A stretch of DNA of 64,000 nt. Source: the human T2T-CHM13v2.0 reference genome, Homo sapiens. The notes beneath the pieces are model-generated. The model did not search any database, was not told the origin of the DNA, and was given only the letters and a program-made list of their open reading frames with translations. Shown here in pieces: positions 20,878-49,700 of the stretch (within the stretch, counting starts at the first letter, position 1; each line of letters begins with the position of its first letter). The translations under genes and the position numbers were made by a program. The stretch lies in the NCBI RefSeq assembly GCF_009914755.1, contig NC_060944.1; one strand, written 5' to 3'.

Positions 20878-21176
20878 CTAAGGTCTTATGAAGACCTGCA
20901 GTGCCCCTGGTGACCTGATCCTGCCCACCTTCTCTCCTTCATTCACTCAGCTCCAACCCCAATGGCCTCCTTTCAGCTCCTTAGACAAGCTCCTTCGCAT
21001 GCGGCTGGCCCCTTCATCTATAATGTTCTGTGCCCAGTCCTCTCCATAGCTGCCACTTCATCTTTTGGCTCACTGCCCTAGAGAGGCCTTCTCTGACCAC
21101 CCCAGCCTCCAGCCTCCAGACTCCTTATTATATAATCCTGAAGTTATTTTTTTCCCTTCATTACAGTCATATATAG

Positions 21177-21422
<246 letters not shown>

Positions 21423-22548
21423 TGATTCACCCACCTCGGCCTCCCAAAGTACTGCAATTACAAGCGTGAGCCACCACACCTGGCCCATAGTTGAAAATTA
21501 TCAAAAATTATTTTCCTCTTCTGCTGGTTCACTGGTTTATTGTGTCTCTCCCTCCAGAGTGTGAGCTCAATCTCAGCTTGTCCATCCTTCTTTGCTGTAG
21601 CCCAGTGCCAGGTACATGGCCTGGCTCGGAAGTACCCCAAAGTACATATCAGACCGACTAACTGAGCGACTGTACAGGGTTAACAAAGCCCTGTACAGGT
21701 GGGCCAGCCAACCTGACTCAGCAAACTCCAGTTTTTCTTCCCCAGTCTAAGAATTTCTTCCAGCAAATCAGGAAGGCAGCAGGGTAGCGAAGTCAACAGG
21801 GAAGATTACACAAATGGGAGCCTGGTCACGTCGGCCTCTGAAAGGGACCCCAGAACAGGACATTCTCCTTTCAACAGGTACTCAGCCATTCTCTTGCCTA
21901 AAGAACCCATTTCCCCCAAAAGCAGGGGAGTAAGTAAAGATTTATAACTTGAATGGGATGGGGCCATTCAGCTAAATGCAATTACTGAAAAATCAAAGGG
22001 GGATATCTCAGGAGGTTTTTCTAAGACAACCAATTTACTCATTCTCTCAATTATTCTTTTTCCATTTTGTTTTGTTTTTTTTTTCTGAGACAGAGTTTCG
22101 TTCTTGTTGCCCAGGCTGGAGTGCAATGGCACAATCTCCACCTCCTGATTCAAGCAATTCTCCTGCCTCAGCCTCCTGAGTAACTGGGATTACAGGCACA
22201 TGCCACCACACCCAGCTAATTTTATTTTATTTTATTTATTTATCTATTTATTTTTTTGAGATGGAGTATTGCATGTGGCTCAGGCTGGAGTGCAATGGTG
22301 CAGTCTCAGCTCACTGAAACCTCTGCCTCCCAAGTTCAAGCAATTCTCCTGCCTCAGCCTCTTGAGTAGCTGGGATTACAGGTGCCCGCTACCACGCCCG
22401 GCTAATTCTTTGTATTTCTTAGTAGAGACAGGGTTTCACCATGTTGGCCAGGCTGGTCTTGAACTCCTGACCTCGTGATCCGCCTGCCTCGGCCTCCCAA
22501 AGTGATGGGATTACAGGCATGAGCCACCACATCCAGCCCACCAGCTAG

Positions 22549-22695
<147 letters not shown>

Positions 22696-23773
22696 TGAGG
22701 AGAGCTATTGTTTCAGAATTATTTAGCAGTTCAAAAAATAAAAATAAAAGAGGCATGACTTTCTCCAGGGAAAACATATTCCCTTCTAGGAGACCCGCCA
22801 CTGAGATGGCCATTTAACCAAATCTTCAGTCTTGGTTCTGGGCCCTTTTTCTTATACGTCTGAGTCTGAGGATCTCTTTTTCCAAAACCTCCGTAGATCC
22901 TCAGTCTCCCTCTGGGTTCTCCAAGTCTGCCCCTGCTATGAGAAGCAGGGATCAGATACAGGTACTGATCTATGTGCAGACAGGCTCAGCTTCGACTGGG
23001 AAAAGCAAAAAATTATTTTTCAAGTTCATCTTCCCTGCATCCCATGGAAATGAGTCAAGAGATATTCAGTCTGCTCCTTCCTGTCTCCATCTAGTTCCCT
23101 CGAGCTTCTCAGAGTGTCAGCATCACACCAGGCATAAGACGGGTCTAGATTTTCAAGATAAATATTTGTCTTACAACACAGTCCCTCGGCTCTTATCAAC
23201 TGCTACTGTATCTGGTCCCAAGTCAAGAAATAGCAACCTGGTTTGAAGTGACTGTACCCAAACTTGAAGTCTGGGGATGGGGAGTTACGGGAGGGTCATT
23301 AAGGAGGTGGTGCGCAAAACCAGGTCAGCCTTATTAGGAAGAGAGCACTACTTACAGCTGATGCGGTGAACCAGTGATCTGGAAAAGGAGCAATCAGTGG
23401 CCAGGAAACCAGTCAGCCTCCCTAGTAGCTGGAATTACAGGCATGCACCACCACGCCTGGCTAATTTTGTATTTTTAGTAGAGATGGGGTTTCACCATGT
23501 TGGCCAGGCTGGTCTCCAACTCCCGACCGCCCACCTCAGCCTCCCAAAGTGCTGGGATTACAGACGTGAGCCACCGCCTTTAAAGAGAAGCTCTAGCTTC
23601 TCTTTTAAAATAAGGTCATTCACAGATGAAACAAGGGGTTAAAGAAAAAATAGGCCAGGTGCGGTGGCTCACACCTGTAATCCCAGCACTTTGGGAGGCC
23701 AAGGCAGGCAGATCGTTTGAAGTCAGGGGTTTCAGAGCAGCCTGGCCAACATGATGAAACCCTGCCTCTACTA

Positions 23774-23950
<177 letters not shown>

Positions 23951-24087
23951 TCACAAGATCCCTCCACATAGGGCCCCCTATTCCCACATGGAACAATCCT
24001 CCCGCCTGCCCACTTTGGGTAGAACTCCAGAATCCCTGTTTGCCGAGGTCTCCATTATTCTTAACTTTCAGATAATTAAATCTATAA

Positions 24088-24423
<336 letters not shown>

Positions 24424-24754
24424 TAAAGGGTGTAACAGGACAGGGGAAGCAGAGAAGGATAATAAGGTAAAGAGAGGGATCAGAGACAAGGGATGTTTTG
24501 CTAGGATGGCCAGGTCCTAGAAAGTTCAACCCCATTATAGGTATTGCATAAGTTTTTTGACATTTTTATAAGCATGGAGAGGGTGGTATAGACAAAAACA
24601 TACCAAACTGTTATCACTGGTTACCTGGCAGGAGAAGATTTTTAGCTTTTTCTTTGTATACTTTGGCTTGTTGTCAAGGAGATACACTGATTTTTATCAT
24701 TTGAAAGGAAAATCCAATAAACCTTAACCCCTCTGCCACCCCACAAAAAGTTAA

Positions 24755-25042
<288 letters not shown>

Positions 25043-25530
25043 TAGTTTCCAGTTCTTGGAAGAGATCCTTCATTCACAAAACATTTAATGGGCAACTACC
25101 ATGAAATGCCAGTCCCTTGTTAGTCTAAAGAGGTGAGAGTTATTTGGTCTATCAGTCTAGAAGAGACACACAGGTAAATGCATAATTACGGTAAAGCATG
25201 TTGAAGGCTGGAGGGAGGACCGCCCAGCTCCCTGGCATATCCTGTGGAACTTTACCCCAGTCAGGCCTAGGTGCCAAGGGGCCTGGCAAAAAGGGAATTC
25301 AGCAGGGCCTGAACAAAACACACCAACTTGCAAAGATAGAAAGAGGACTGTGTTCTCTGCACAACTTTTCAAAGAATAGGCAAGCTCAGGAGGCAATGAC
25401 CAAGCAAAACTTAAAACTCAATAATCATGCATGGAACATGTTCAGTGCTGTGTCCCCTGGCGACATAGCTTCACCTACAGCATTCAGCACAGCATGCACA
25501 ACAAATCCATTAATCTACTAAGGCTACGGA

Positions 25531-26044
<514 letters not shown>

Positions 26045-27099
26045 TGCAGAAGCTTAATATTAAGACAAAGAAGCATGCCTGGCAAGCAAGCAGGACACTG
26101 CACAATCATCCACCCATCCCAATTTGCCTCTAGGGACTGAGTAGTTGAATTCAAGGCACCGGATGCAGGGAAATGTGAATATGGATTCACCTTTCACTCC
26201 TTTAGTCTAGCCTGGCAATTGTTAACTCTTTAGTATGCATACGAATTTCTGATCAAAGCTGAATACTTTCGTGGGCAATTTAAGGTACTTTGAAGAGTGA
26301 TTTTTGACTTTGGAACCTAAAAGAACTTCTCTGTGGGAGACTGTAAATAAAGGGTTCAGGCCAAGAGAGGGCTTGGGTCTCCATGGACACAGTGAGGATG
26401 GTCCTCACGAAGGTCAGTCTGGAAGGCAATGCCAAGTGTGTCTCAGCAAGGTGCACATCACAGGACTCTCACAAGGCCGTGCAGTCTGTCCAGGAAAGAC
26501 AGATGCTGCAGGACCCCTGCAGTGCAGTGGCAAGATCATAGCTCACTGCAGGCTCCACCTTCTGGGCTCAAGATATCCTCCCACCTCAGCCTCCCAAGTA
26601 GCTGGGTCTGCAGAGACAAGCCACCATGCCTGGGTTTTTTGCTTTTTTTTTTTTTTTTTTTTGTAGGAACGGGTGGGTCTTGCCACTTTGCCCAGGCTGG
26701 TCTTGAACTCCTGGGCTTAAGCTATCCTCCTGCCTCAGCCTCCCAAAATGCTGGGATTACAGGCGTGAGACACCATGCCCTTAAGGCTGTGTTCTTAAGG
26801 AGCCACTGCAAATTTAAAGGAGAGTGGGACAATCTGACTTGTGTTTTAGAAGGCGCCCATTAGAAGTTATACTAATATGTCAGAAAGCAAAGAAACCAGG
26901 GGGAAAGGGCCATTTCAAAGAGTACTATGTCCCTAGAGGGAAAAGGAAGACAGGCCACCAGTCGCTTTGCAGAGAACAGACACTTGAGCTGGGTAATAAT
27001 CTCCAGGCACTGGATTAATGCTGAAAACAAAGCCATCCTCTCTCGCCGAAAGGCTGCTTTTACTTCAGTCTCTAGGATAGAAGTTCTACCCATCTGATA

Positions 27100-28200
27100 G
27101 AGCTAAATCATTTGTTCATTCAAAAAAATATTTATTATACGCTCACCAGCAGCAGGCAAGGTGGTAGTAAAACAGGATGAGCAAAAACAAAAGGCAGAAC
27201 TCATCCTCATTTTGAGCCTTAAAATTGATGGGGAGTAAGGAGAGGAAGGCAAGGAGGGGACCTTCAAGGTATGGGCAAAGGCCCTGAGGCTTTGATGGAT
27301 CTGCACAGTCAGTGTGGCTGGAGAAGAGAGAAGTGGAACACGGAGAGAAGTGGAACACAGAGAGAACGGAACACGGAGAGAATGGAACACAGAGAGAACA
27401 GAGACTAGCAAGATGGGCAGAGGCCAGCACAGGAGGGTTTTGCAATTATGAATCTAAAAGCCAAGGAGGAAACACTTAAGAGTTTAAAGTAGGAAGGGAT
27501 AGCCAGGAAGATGTTCCTTTCAAAAGACTGGGAGGGTGCGGCAGATAGAGATAGTGAGAACAACTACGAGGCCACTGTAGTTCAATGGTGATAGGCTGGT
27601 TGAAGTGGAGTGACATTTAGGATACGATATTGTAAGAAAATGACACAAAAGGGCAAAGAACAGAAGAATGGGGAATGAGTCCATATCTCTGGGGGTGAAG
27701 ATGTAAAATCTCTCATGGACATCTTGAGTTTGAGACGCCCATGAACAGGCAGGGAGGTCAGGTAGGCAGCTGACCCTCTGCACCATGACTCAGAAGCAAT
27801 CTAGGTTGGAAACATAAATGTCTGAGTCATAAAGCTCCAGATGTGGGTAAGATCACCCAGAGAAGGAACGTGCTAGGCGAGACAAGGACAGGGCCAAGCT
27901 TTCAGCAACTCCAGCATTTAATGGCCAGAGAGAGGAGGAGAAGGTGCCAGGGAAACAGAAGGAAAATCAGCACTGCGGTGGCAAAGAAGGCAAAGGAAGA
28001 GAGAGTGTCCACAAGAATAATCAGCATCTCCAGTACTGCAGAGACAGCGCAGCAGATGAGGATGGAAAACCTCCCCTGGAAAAGGCAACACAGAGTCTCC
28101 AGGAAGCTCAGTGGGGATGTGAATGTGGAAGGTCAGGGTGGAAGCCACATTGGAGCTTGCAGGACAAAGACAGGAATACAGACGCTTCTAAGAAGTTTGG
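27100..28200 (+). mobile_element. Degenerate L2 fragments
   Basis: tcattcaaaaaatatttatt L2 3'-end motif and purine-rich L2-like body. Confidence 0.55.
27325..27403 (+). repeat. Purine-rich minisatellite, ~16-17-bp unit x4+
   Basis: gagagaagtggaacac / ggagagaagtggaacac / agagagaacggaacac / ggagagaatggaacac / agagagaac. Confidence 0.8.
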
Positions 28201-28204
28201 CTTG

Positions 28205-31582
<3,378 letters not shown>

Positions 31583-33348
31583 AGGTATTTTTTTTTTAAG
31601 TCTATAAAGCGCTGGATCTCTAGGTTCCCAGGAAAGCCCAGGATAGGTGAGGGGAGTCACAGGAAGTTGAAGGGGGCTTATTATCATTCCACTCACCCTC
31701 ACCCCCCCACAGCCATGACACCTGGTCTTTCCAAACTGATCACCTCAAGTCATCGGTAAAGGATCCACTATCAATAGAGAACAATGAAGGAATGACGACT
31801 TTAATAAGGCAATAAAAAGTACCCAGATCTCTAAAAGGCCTCAGCCCTGATATGCTTATTCTACAGGCATTTAGAGAGGAAAAAGAAGAGATGGTTCTTT
31901 TTAAACTAAGCTTGAAACGGTCGATTTTAGATCACAGTCTTCTAGAATAATAATAGTCACACAAACATATAACGTGGGTCATGCTTCAAAAATGGGGCAA
32001 ACACAAGGTTTGCATGAGTGAACCACAAAGCTAAATTGCACAGACACTGCCGACAGGATTCCATGAACAGATGCACAGTAGAGACGATGCTGGCCAAGAG
32101 AAGGTAGAAGATTTCTCATTTGCAAAACCATAATCAGACATCTTCAGAGTTCTGGGATATTTTAGACCTTGTTAGGAGAGGAACAATCTGGTAGTCATCT
32201 AACTCACAAATAAATTCTTTCCACTGCACAGTACACGGATGGCACTTCTTGGGCTGTCAGAGATAGAGAGGAGCCAAAATACGGTTAAAAATACTGATGC
32301 TCATTTTTTGAAAGAAAAATTCTCAGCACTTCTGCATCGCGCTGTGATTTAAAAGTGTTTGTGGTTATATTTTCTGAAAGAGTTTCCTTGAAAAATGACA
32401 GAAGGTCTCTATCTCACAGCCGTCCTCATAAACAATCCCTTTGTGAAAGTCTTAATTTACATACAACAGTGAGAACAAGGATCCTGTGCTAATTAAGGTC
32501 TGGGGCTGGTTAGCAAATTGCTATAATTGTACATTCTCTAGCATCCTGTCTCTGAAAACACATCCATACCCCCAGCAAATCTCAGCAAGAATGATACTGT
32601 TCAAGATTTTAATATCCTGGGCTTCCGCTGCATCTGTGCGTGTTTCCAAGTCGTTCATTCCCTTGTGCCGGTGACATTACACAGACATTTTTAAAAATGG
32701 TTTCAGCTTTGGCAGGCTGGCATCCACACACCACAAGCACTACCACAAAACGCACACATGGCAGGATCAAGACGCAAGCAGCCCAAACAGGGGAGCCTTT
32801 GTATGGAGACGTGAATTCAACCCGCGGAGTACATCATTTCTCAGGCTGCAAATCCCTGGCCTTCAAGGCGCTTGTTCTGACTCACGCATGGTGAGGCCAA
32901 ATTCTGCAATGAATTGTGCCTTGGCCAGTCTCGCACAGGGAATGCAAAATGACAGCCCTCGGCTTCTTCTGACCCGGAAATGCGTTTTGTTGGGTTCACG
33001 CATGATCTTTAGAGAAGCCAGTCTACACAGACCACATTTCTAAATGAGGCAGTTTTACAGGGGAAAAGAAAATCCCAGCTGGCCACAGCGGATGAGCCAT
33101 ATTCCTGCTGGTCAGCAATCAGATGGAGGCACCCTCCCCACTTTGGCACACTCTCCCATTCACCAAAGCTCCCCTTCCCCCTGCATCCCCAGATGCCAGC
33201 CACAATCACTGATCTACCTGCTGGGCCCTTCAGGCATTTGACTTGCAACCCTTGGAATACAGGTCATGGTTAAGTACAAAGGTTTAAAATCTAGGGACAT
33301 TAAACACTCTTATCAAAAAAAAAAAAAAAGGTTTAAAAATCAAAGGGC

Positions 33349-43183
<9,835 letters not shown>

Positions 43184-44135
43184 GACACGCTGTCTTGTAA
43201 CAATCCTCAAAATGCTTTTGGTTTCAGACGCCTTTAGGGAGTCACTTTGTGCGACACTCTGCAGCCAAATGAGAATCTCCTTCCGGCAGTATGCAGTAAC
43301 CCTGTCCAGCCTCTTCCTCCCTCCCCATAACCCCCAGTGCAAGGCTGTGTGTTCCAAGAAAGCACTCAGTGACTTGTTGAAGGAATGAAAACACCTTGGT
43401 ACAACCATTAAGTTTGGAGATGAGCCTTTTCATCAACCAAAGATACGAAAAATACTCCAGTAGCTCATTTGTGAAAGCACCCTGAAGGTAAAAGTGAATA
43501 ACTGCTTCATTTTGGGAAGCCTCATAAAATCTCTTTCACAAAGACCAAATGAAAAGTACCAATCCCTCAATTAGAAGATATTCAGGAGTCTACTCCAGGC
43601 TTGTGAATAAACGCATAAATTGTGTTTGTCCTAATTTGCTAAATTTTGAACTAAATGCAAACACTGGCCCCGGCATCCCAGCAAGCTCTACATTTCCTTT
43701 TTATCTCTAACCCAAGACCACCACTTTCCAGTGAAGCGGGCTGACTTCATCCCACTTCTGGGATTCCAAAGAGGTCTGTTGTTAAAATCAGAAAACGAGC
43801 AGCAGCTAGAGGCTCTGGTGGCTTCCAGAACATGCTTTATTTAAACTGTGGCTCCTGAAAGTCACCCTGCGGAGAGGTAGCCAGCCACCCTCAGTCATGA
43901 CACACAGGTAAAATTCACTGTCAGGACCCCTACACAGGCACCAGGGAAAGAAAACCAAAAGGAGGAGAGTTCTCCATCAATTAGGTTCATCCATCAAAAA
44001 ATCTTATATCTGAAAATCCAAGAAGAGTTACAACGTCGGCTCAGAGAGCCACACACTTCACTGCACTACAACAACAAAAAGAAATTCCAATTTCCTCCTT
44101 AGCTCTAGAATAGATAATACAAGATTTTTACTCAC

Positions 44136-44206
44136 CTTTGGAGCGAGTAGAGATATCCATGCCCTCTACCACCTCCTGTTCTGTTTTTATTTCCTCTTCA
44201 GCCAAG
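44136..44206 (-). CDS. ZMYND8: ZMYND8 exon 2 (LAEEEIKTEQEVVEGMDISTRSK), includes internal ATG at 44160-44158 (MDISTRSK start)
   Basis: Acceptor ctctgtttcag|CTTGGC, donor CAAAG|gtgagt; 71 nt; phase 2 in, phase 1 out. Confidence 0.95.
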
Positions 44207-46524
44207 CTGAAACAGAGCAAATTATGTTCATGTTTAGGAAGGCTGAGAACTTGCCCCATGGGGGCAGCTATTTGGAAGTTCTAGCAACAAACACACCTTA
44301 AAGACATTCCCTCATCCTTATCCAGGGCTGGGGGAGGAAACCCACACCTGATTTCAACAAAGTGTGAAGAGTCCTAAAGGAGTTTTTTAAAACACTAGGT
44401 TGTTCTTTTTTTTTTTAAGTCAAATTACTATTCCAGTTGTCATGCTATTGGGGAATGCAAAAGGCAATTTTTTAGACACACAATTACAACCTACCCCTGT
44501 GGGCCAATGAGAACCCAGCCTTCAAATAAACAAGCTTCTCATTGTTAACACAGGGTTCAAAGGCAGGGAGGTTGGAGGTGTTTTGCAGGGTATCCAGAAT
44601 TCTGATCGCTGAATACTTTAGGGCAAAGAGTAAGATTTCCCACACCTCCCCCTAAATCTTACAATTCCCTGATGAGGCAGGAACATGGGAAAAAAAAGAT
44701 ACAGGTTAAATTACAAAGCAGAAAAATATGCCCAGCTAGAAGCTAAAGACCTGGTCTCAAAACACTGAACCGAGGAGCACTGATTCCAGCAATCAGACTG
44801 GGGTCTCCACACTTCCAACCCCCTGAATGCTTCCTCTCTACAGCAGGCACGGCTTACTACTGAGTTGTGACTAATTATCCCCCACCACAAAAGTGGAATG
44901 AGGAAGGATTATTCAAAAGACAAAGGCTAAGAGTGGAGGGTTGGGGAGAGAAGCAAATAAAGCAAGCCCCTTTGCTGGGAGGGTCCGTCACCCAGAACAT
45001 TCTCTCTCTCTCTCTGCTGGAACTAGGGTTGAAAGAGAGCCGGCCATATCAGATCTTCCTCCCACAGAGAACTCACAAGCTAAACCAAAGGGAAAAAATA
45101 GAGTTCTGCTTTCATAGATGCAAATGGTTTGAGGTGCTAGAACTTTCCAAACATTCAGGCTGACACTGAAGTGGTAAGAAGCTGGGCATTTACTCCAGAA
45201 GCAATTCCATCAGACTGTCGTTCCACAGGAAGAAATGGGTGCATCACCAATTGATATGGCTGGAATTTTCCATTTGGAAGACTCAACGCCAGGACAGGAA
45301 GGAGGCTGGGGAAGAGAGAATGTCCTGTCCTGGGGAAGAGAGAATGTTCCGTGGTCTGGGACTGTGACAACGCAAAAGGCCCAAAAAGACAGCCTCATGT
45401 CTCGAACCCTAGTATAAGGAGAAGATTTTAGGAGAGTTCCACGTTAGGAGGAGAGGACTTAGGATGGGAGCTAGATAGAATGGAAAAGATTATAGTTCAG
45501 AGTTAAATTATAGGGGCTTGGAGACGAAGAAAGGTAGTTGGGTTTAAATGAGAATATTAACACATTTAGCCATCTGATTTTGAACCCCGTTAACAATTTC
45601 ATTTACACCGCATCTGTAAAGAAAGCCTGTGACACAAATCACCAAAGAAACAACTGACATGTTGTCACAAATGGTTTTCATCAGGAGAAAGCAGCCTGCT
45701 AAATTTAAACACATCGCTTATATGCAATAATACAACGGTGATTTATTGAAGGTTATTTCAGCACTAATGCTTTCTATTCCAACTTAAGGAGAAAACATTC
45801 TCAACTCAGAAACACTCTGCCTGAAACATACACAGGTTGTCCAACTGGATGCTGTTGATGGGTTCTGGCTTGGGGTGACTGGAAATACATCTTAACAAAA
45901 AGCCCCATGCAGCCCTCGGAGATGGGTAGACAGTTAACTTCAAAGGAACAAATAGCAACCTTGATCTTTTCTAGCAACTAGAATTCTGTTTCCCTCTCTA
46001 GCATGAAGTATGTGAAATTCTAAACTTCTTGAAACCGATCCCATATTTTGAGTAATAGAGAAAACGCTAATCTGTGATCCAACTGAAATCTACAGTGGTG
46101 AGGGAAACAATTATGCAGAACTGAGCCAAAAAAAACCCACTTGAAGGATTTCTGCAGCGATGAAAACATTCAAAGGTGTATTGATCATGGAGGAAGGCTG
46201 CATTCAAGGGAACCATTATTTGGCTTGTAACAGCCTAGAGGAGCTGAATACTTCAGGCAGGAATGCTGCTGAGAGACGAGGAAAATGCAAACTAGTTATG
46301 TGGTGGCTATTTGCTTCTGAGTTTTAAGATAATCAATGCTGGAGCAGAAGAGAGAGGGAAAAAAAAGTTAAGCTGTTTTATCTTTCCAAGTATTACAAGT
46401 GGGCACCATAATCACCCAACTTTAGCAATAGCACCACCAGCTTTAGCACAGCATTTCAAGCACAACAATTTAAGAAAACCATCTTTTTCACAGATCAGCA
46501 AACCATCCTTTCAAAAGGAACCCG

Positions 46525-46750
46525 TGCACACACATGCACGCACACTCACACACACAATTAACTTGTATTTGACTAAAGGAAACTGCAGTGTCTATGCATT
46601 AAAAGGAGAAAAAAAAAAAAAAAAAAAAAAAACTTCATTTACAAAAGCAAAGACCAGAATGCAAAATTAGTCATTTTGAATAGCCACATCTAAAGGGACT
46701 TCCTTTTTCCTACACCACTGATTTCGGTTTTTTTGTGTGTGTGTGTGTGT
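46525..46750. repeat. Short (CA)n, A23 and (TG)n microsatellites
   Basis: gcacacacatgcacgcacactcacacacac ~46525-46556; poly-A ~46608-46632; tgtgtgtgtgtgtgtgt ~46734-46750. Confidence 0.7.
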
Positions 46751-49700
46751 TTTTTTTTGATTTAGTGTTAAGAACTAGTATGTTATTAGGAAAAAAAAAT
46801 GAATATTACATCAAAAGTAGGCGCAAGAAAAGATCTGTACCTGTCTGAATTGCCCCACTGATGTTGGTCAATTTAGGTTAAGAACTGTTCAGTCATTTGG
46901 GGGAAAAAAAACAGTCAAATAATTCTTAAAAAGAAAAGGCAGCTGCATCTGGAGAAAATACTCTGAACTTCTGTCATTAACACATTAAAGTCTTAGAACA
47001 TAGACAGCTTATTTCCTTCCATATCTGCTAGCTTCCAGCAACCCTGATGATTTAAATCAAAAACAATGGGACAACAAGCTCTTGTTTCAAACTGACATTA
47101 CTTTTTTCCCTTTAAAGGTCTGTTGAGGAAACTGGGGGCCCGCTACAGAAAAGGGTAAAATTAGCTGAAAAGCAAACAATTTCTCACTCCAATAGGAAAA
47201 TACACCATCAACTAGTTAGATACATTGTATACACCACCACCTCTTACACTCACATTTACCCAAGTCATTTGCCTGCAGATTTCACAAACTGATACATTTG
47301 AGGCAATTCAAAGAAATAACAGTACCTGCAAAGATAACCAAGACCACCCCATCCCATCCCAAAAAGAATAAAAGATTTCTCCCCCAGTGCCTGAGCAAGA
47401 AAACCTATGCTTACTTCTTAACCTGCATGCACTGAAAAAAGAGCAATTAAAAGTTGCAGATGAACTACTGCACCTCCAGGATGCTTTAAGCCTTCTGATT
47501 GTTAATTCTGAGGACTCAGGGATGGTCCGTAATTCCCAGGAATCTCATCTCCTCAACACTTCCAAGAGAGAGAAAAAAGAAAGCATCTAGTTTTGACAGA
47601 AAAATGCCTGAATACACAATGCCCACATATTTCTTTTCCCCAAGTGCCCCTACTATTTGACTTTTAAAGAAGAGTATCTAAGCCATCTAGAATATATAAC
47701 CAACATGCACAAGACTCTGGTTCTACAGATGAGGATCATCGCACAGCAATTCAAGAATCATGCATCATTCGAAAGGACTTTTCCTGGTTTTTACTTTTCA
47801 TTCAAAATACCAAAATGGTCCAGGCTGTAAGAAATATTTAATCCCCAAGGCATAACATCTTCCTCTTCTAGATTACAAAATAGTGAACATCAAAATTAAA
47901 AACCATGCTTCCCTAAATCTACAATTAATTTTTTAAGAAATTGGGGTGGGGGGGAATGGTTAGCAGAGCAGCTTTATATAAGCACTCACCTAAAACAGGC
48001 AGAGTCATCGGTAGCTAAGCTATTTATGCAGGATTCTTAAAATGGCGTCTGGCAACACTGCCTCATTCCTGTGTTGAAGCTAAAATGGTAGCAGTTTGTT
48101 CAATAGCTGTAGCTCTTGTTTAAGCAGCCCTGCGAGTTTCAAAGCCACCTTCCTAAATACCAGAACTAGGAAAAGCTGAACCAAAGGACACCAACAACCC
48201 AACGTTTAGAAGCTTAAAAAAAACTCTGCAATGACAGGGAGAGTTTGTGAAGTCACAGGTTCCTAAGGAAAAGCCTTCTCTTGTAGATCCTGAGCCTTCA
48301 ACATGAGGCTCTGTGATGAGGCCCCCTTGCCCTCAAATTAGGTGGGTAGAAGGTTAGGAATCGTGCAGCCCCGTGGCACAAACTGCAGACGGACAGGTGT
48401 CTGTGCAAACACAAAAATGTTCCCAGGGAGCAGCCTGGGGGAAGGCAAGGAGGAAGCCCGGTCCCCCTTCTCTTCTCAGTCTATTAGAAACCAGCTTTGC
48501 ATCCATACCAAAAAGGCGCTAGGTAAAATGAAAGTGCTTCAAGGACAGCAGGCATCTGAAAAGCCAAGCTAAAGGGCTGCACCTCAGTCTACGGCAAAGG
48601 TAAAATAAAAAGGCTGTTTATAAGCCTGCAAACAGCCACCAAATACCCAGCCCTCTGAAGCAGCCAGTCCTAAGACAGTTAACATCAAGGAAAGACAATC
48701 CGAGTCTGCAGAGGAGAAACACAAGGAAAACATTCCCTTATCCAATGCACAGGATACTCACAAATTAGATTTCTGACCACCCCCAACAGAGCCTGAGAAT
48801 TAACAATGGGTTTTGCAAAACCCGCTTTCAGAGGCCGAACTAACAGCCTGAGTGGATAACGTCATTTACTGTTACAGGTCTGAGCATTGGCCTCAGAACT
48901 CCTCTGGTGCTGGGAGTGAGGAGTTTCAAGGTGACTGCTTTTTAGCTCCAGGGGAGAAAGGAGGGCACAGTGCCCAAGGCCATGCCAGGGCAAGGACGGG
49001 CCACTGGCCCCCGCCGGCCGGTAGGTAAGGTAATCGGGATGGGGGGGACAGGCTGGCAGCACACTGGCTGCAGAGCTGGCATGGCCACTGCCTGTTTGTT
49101 TGTCTGCAAGGAGAGTGGGAAGTAGCGGGGAGGGTGACCATAACCTTAGCAACCTGAAGCCAAGGGTGAACCCTTGCTCAGATCTTGCATTTTAAGAGTA
49201 ACCAAAGGGTTCTGAAACATATTCCCTTTTTAAATCTCTGCTGTGCAGTAGCGAAGGCCCCTTTGAATGTATCTTTCTTTCCAGAGTCAACCAGAGGCAA
49301 AGCCAGATTGAGGGTTCCCAGGCTGACAAATGTCTGCTGCCTCTGCCACAGGAGAGAGAAGGGGAAAGAGGGCAAAAGAAACAAAGACATCACGCGTTGC
49401 AAGTGGCTGGACTTTTAAAAACCTACCTTTGCCTCCAGGGTTTTCTAGGTTACTGTCACCCCACTTCCTAAAAAGTGTCTCCCCCCTCATCCTATTTAAG
49501 ACCTGATGCAGTCTCCCCACTGGTTCTCCCAGGGAAAGAAAAGGGGAAATGTTTTGTTGAAAATAAAAGGGATGACAAGAAAGAAAGGAAAAAAAGCTAT
49601 TGTTTTCATCCCTAATTTATAATCCAAGAGGCCCCCAATTGTTTCTTTCTGACTCAAATCTTTGAGCTGTTAATTATAAAAGTAACTGGACTTGGCGCCA

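Noticed and set aside
27325-27403. Spaced short repeats resembling a CRISPR-like array
   Set aside because: Contiguous degenerate minisatellite with no unique spacers, in mammalian DNA.
45308-45352. 24-bp tandem duplication (also a 15-bp one at ~10393-10423)
   Set aside because: Ordinary slippage duplications with no further structure.
48039-48050. YY1-like motif aaaatggcgtc
   Set aside because: A single imperfect motif cannot be supported without binding data.
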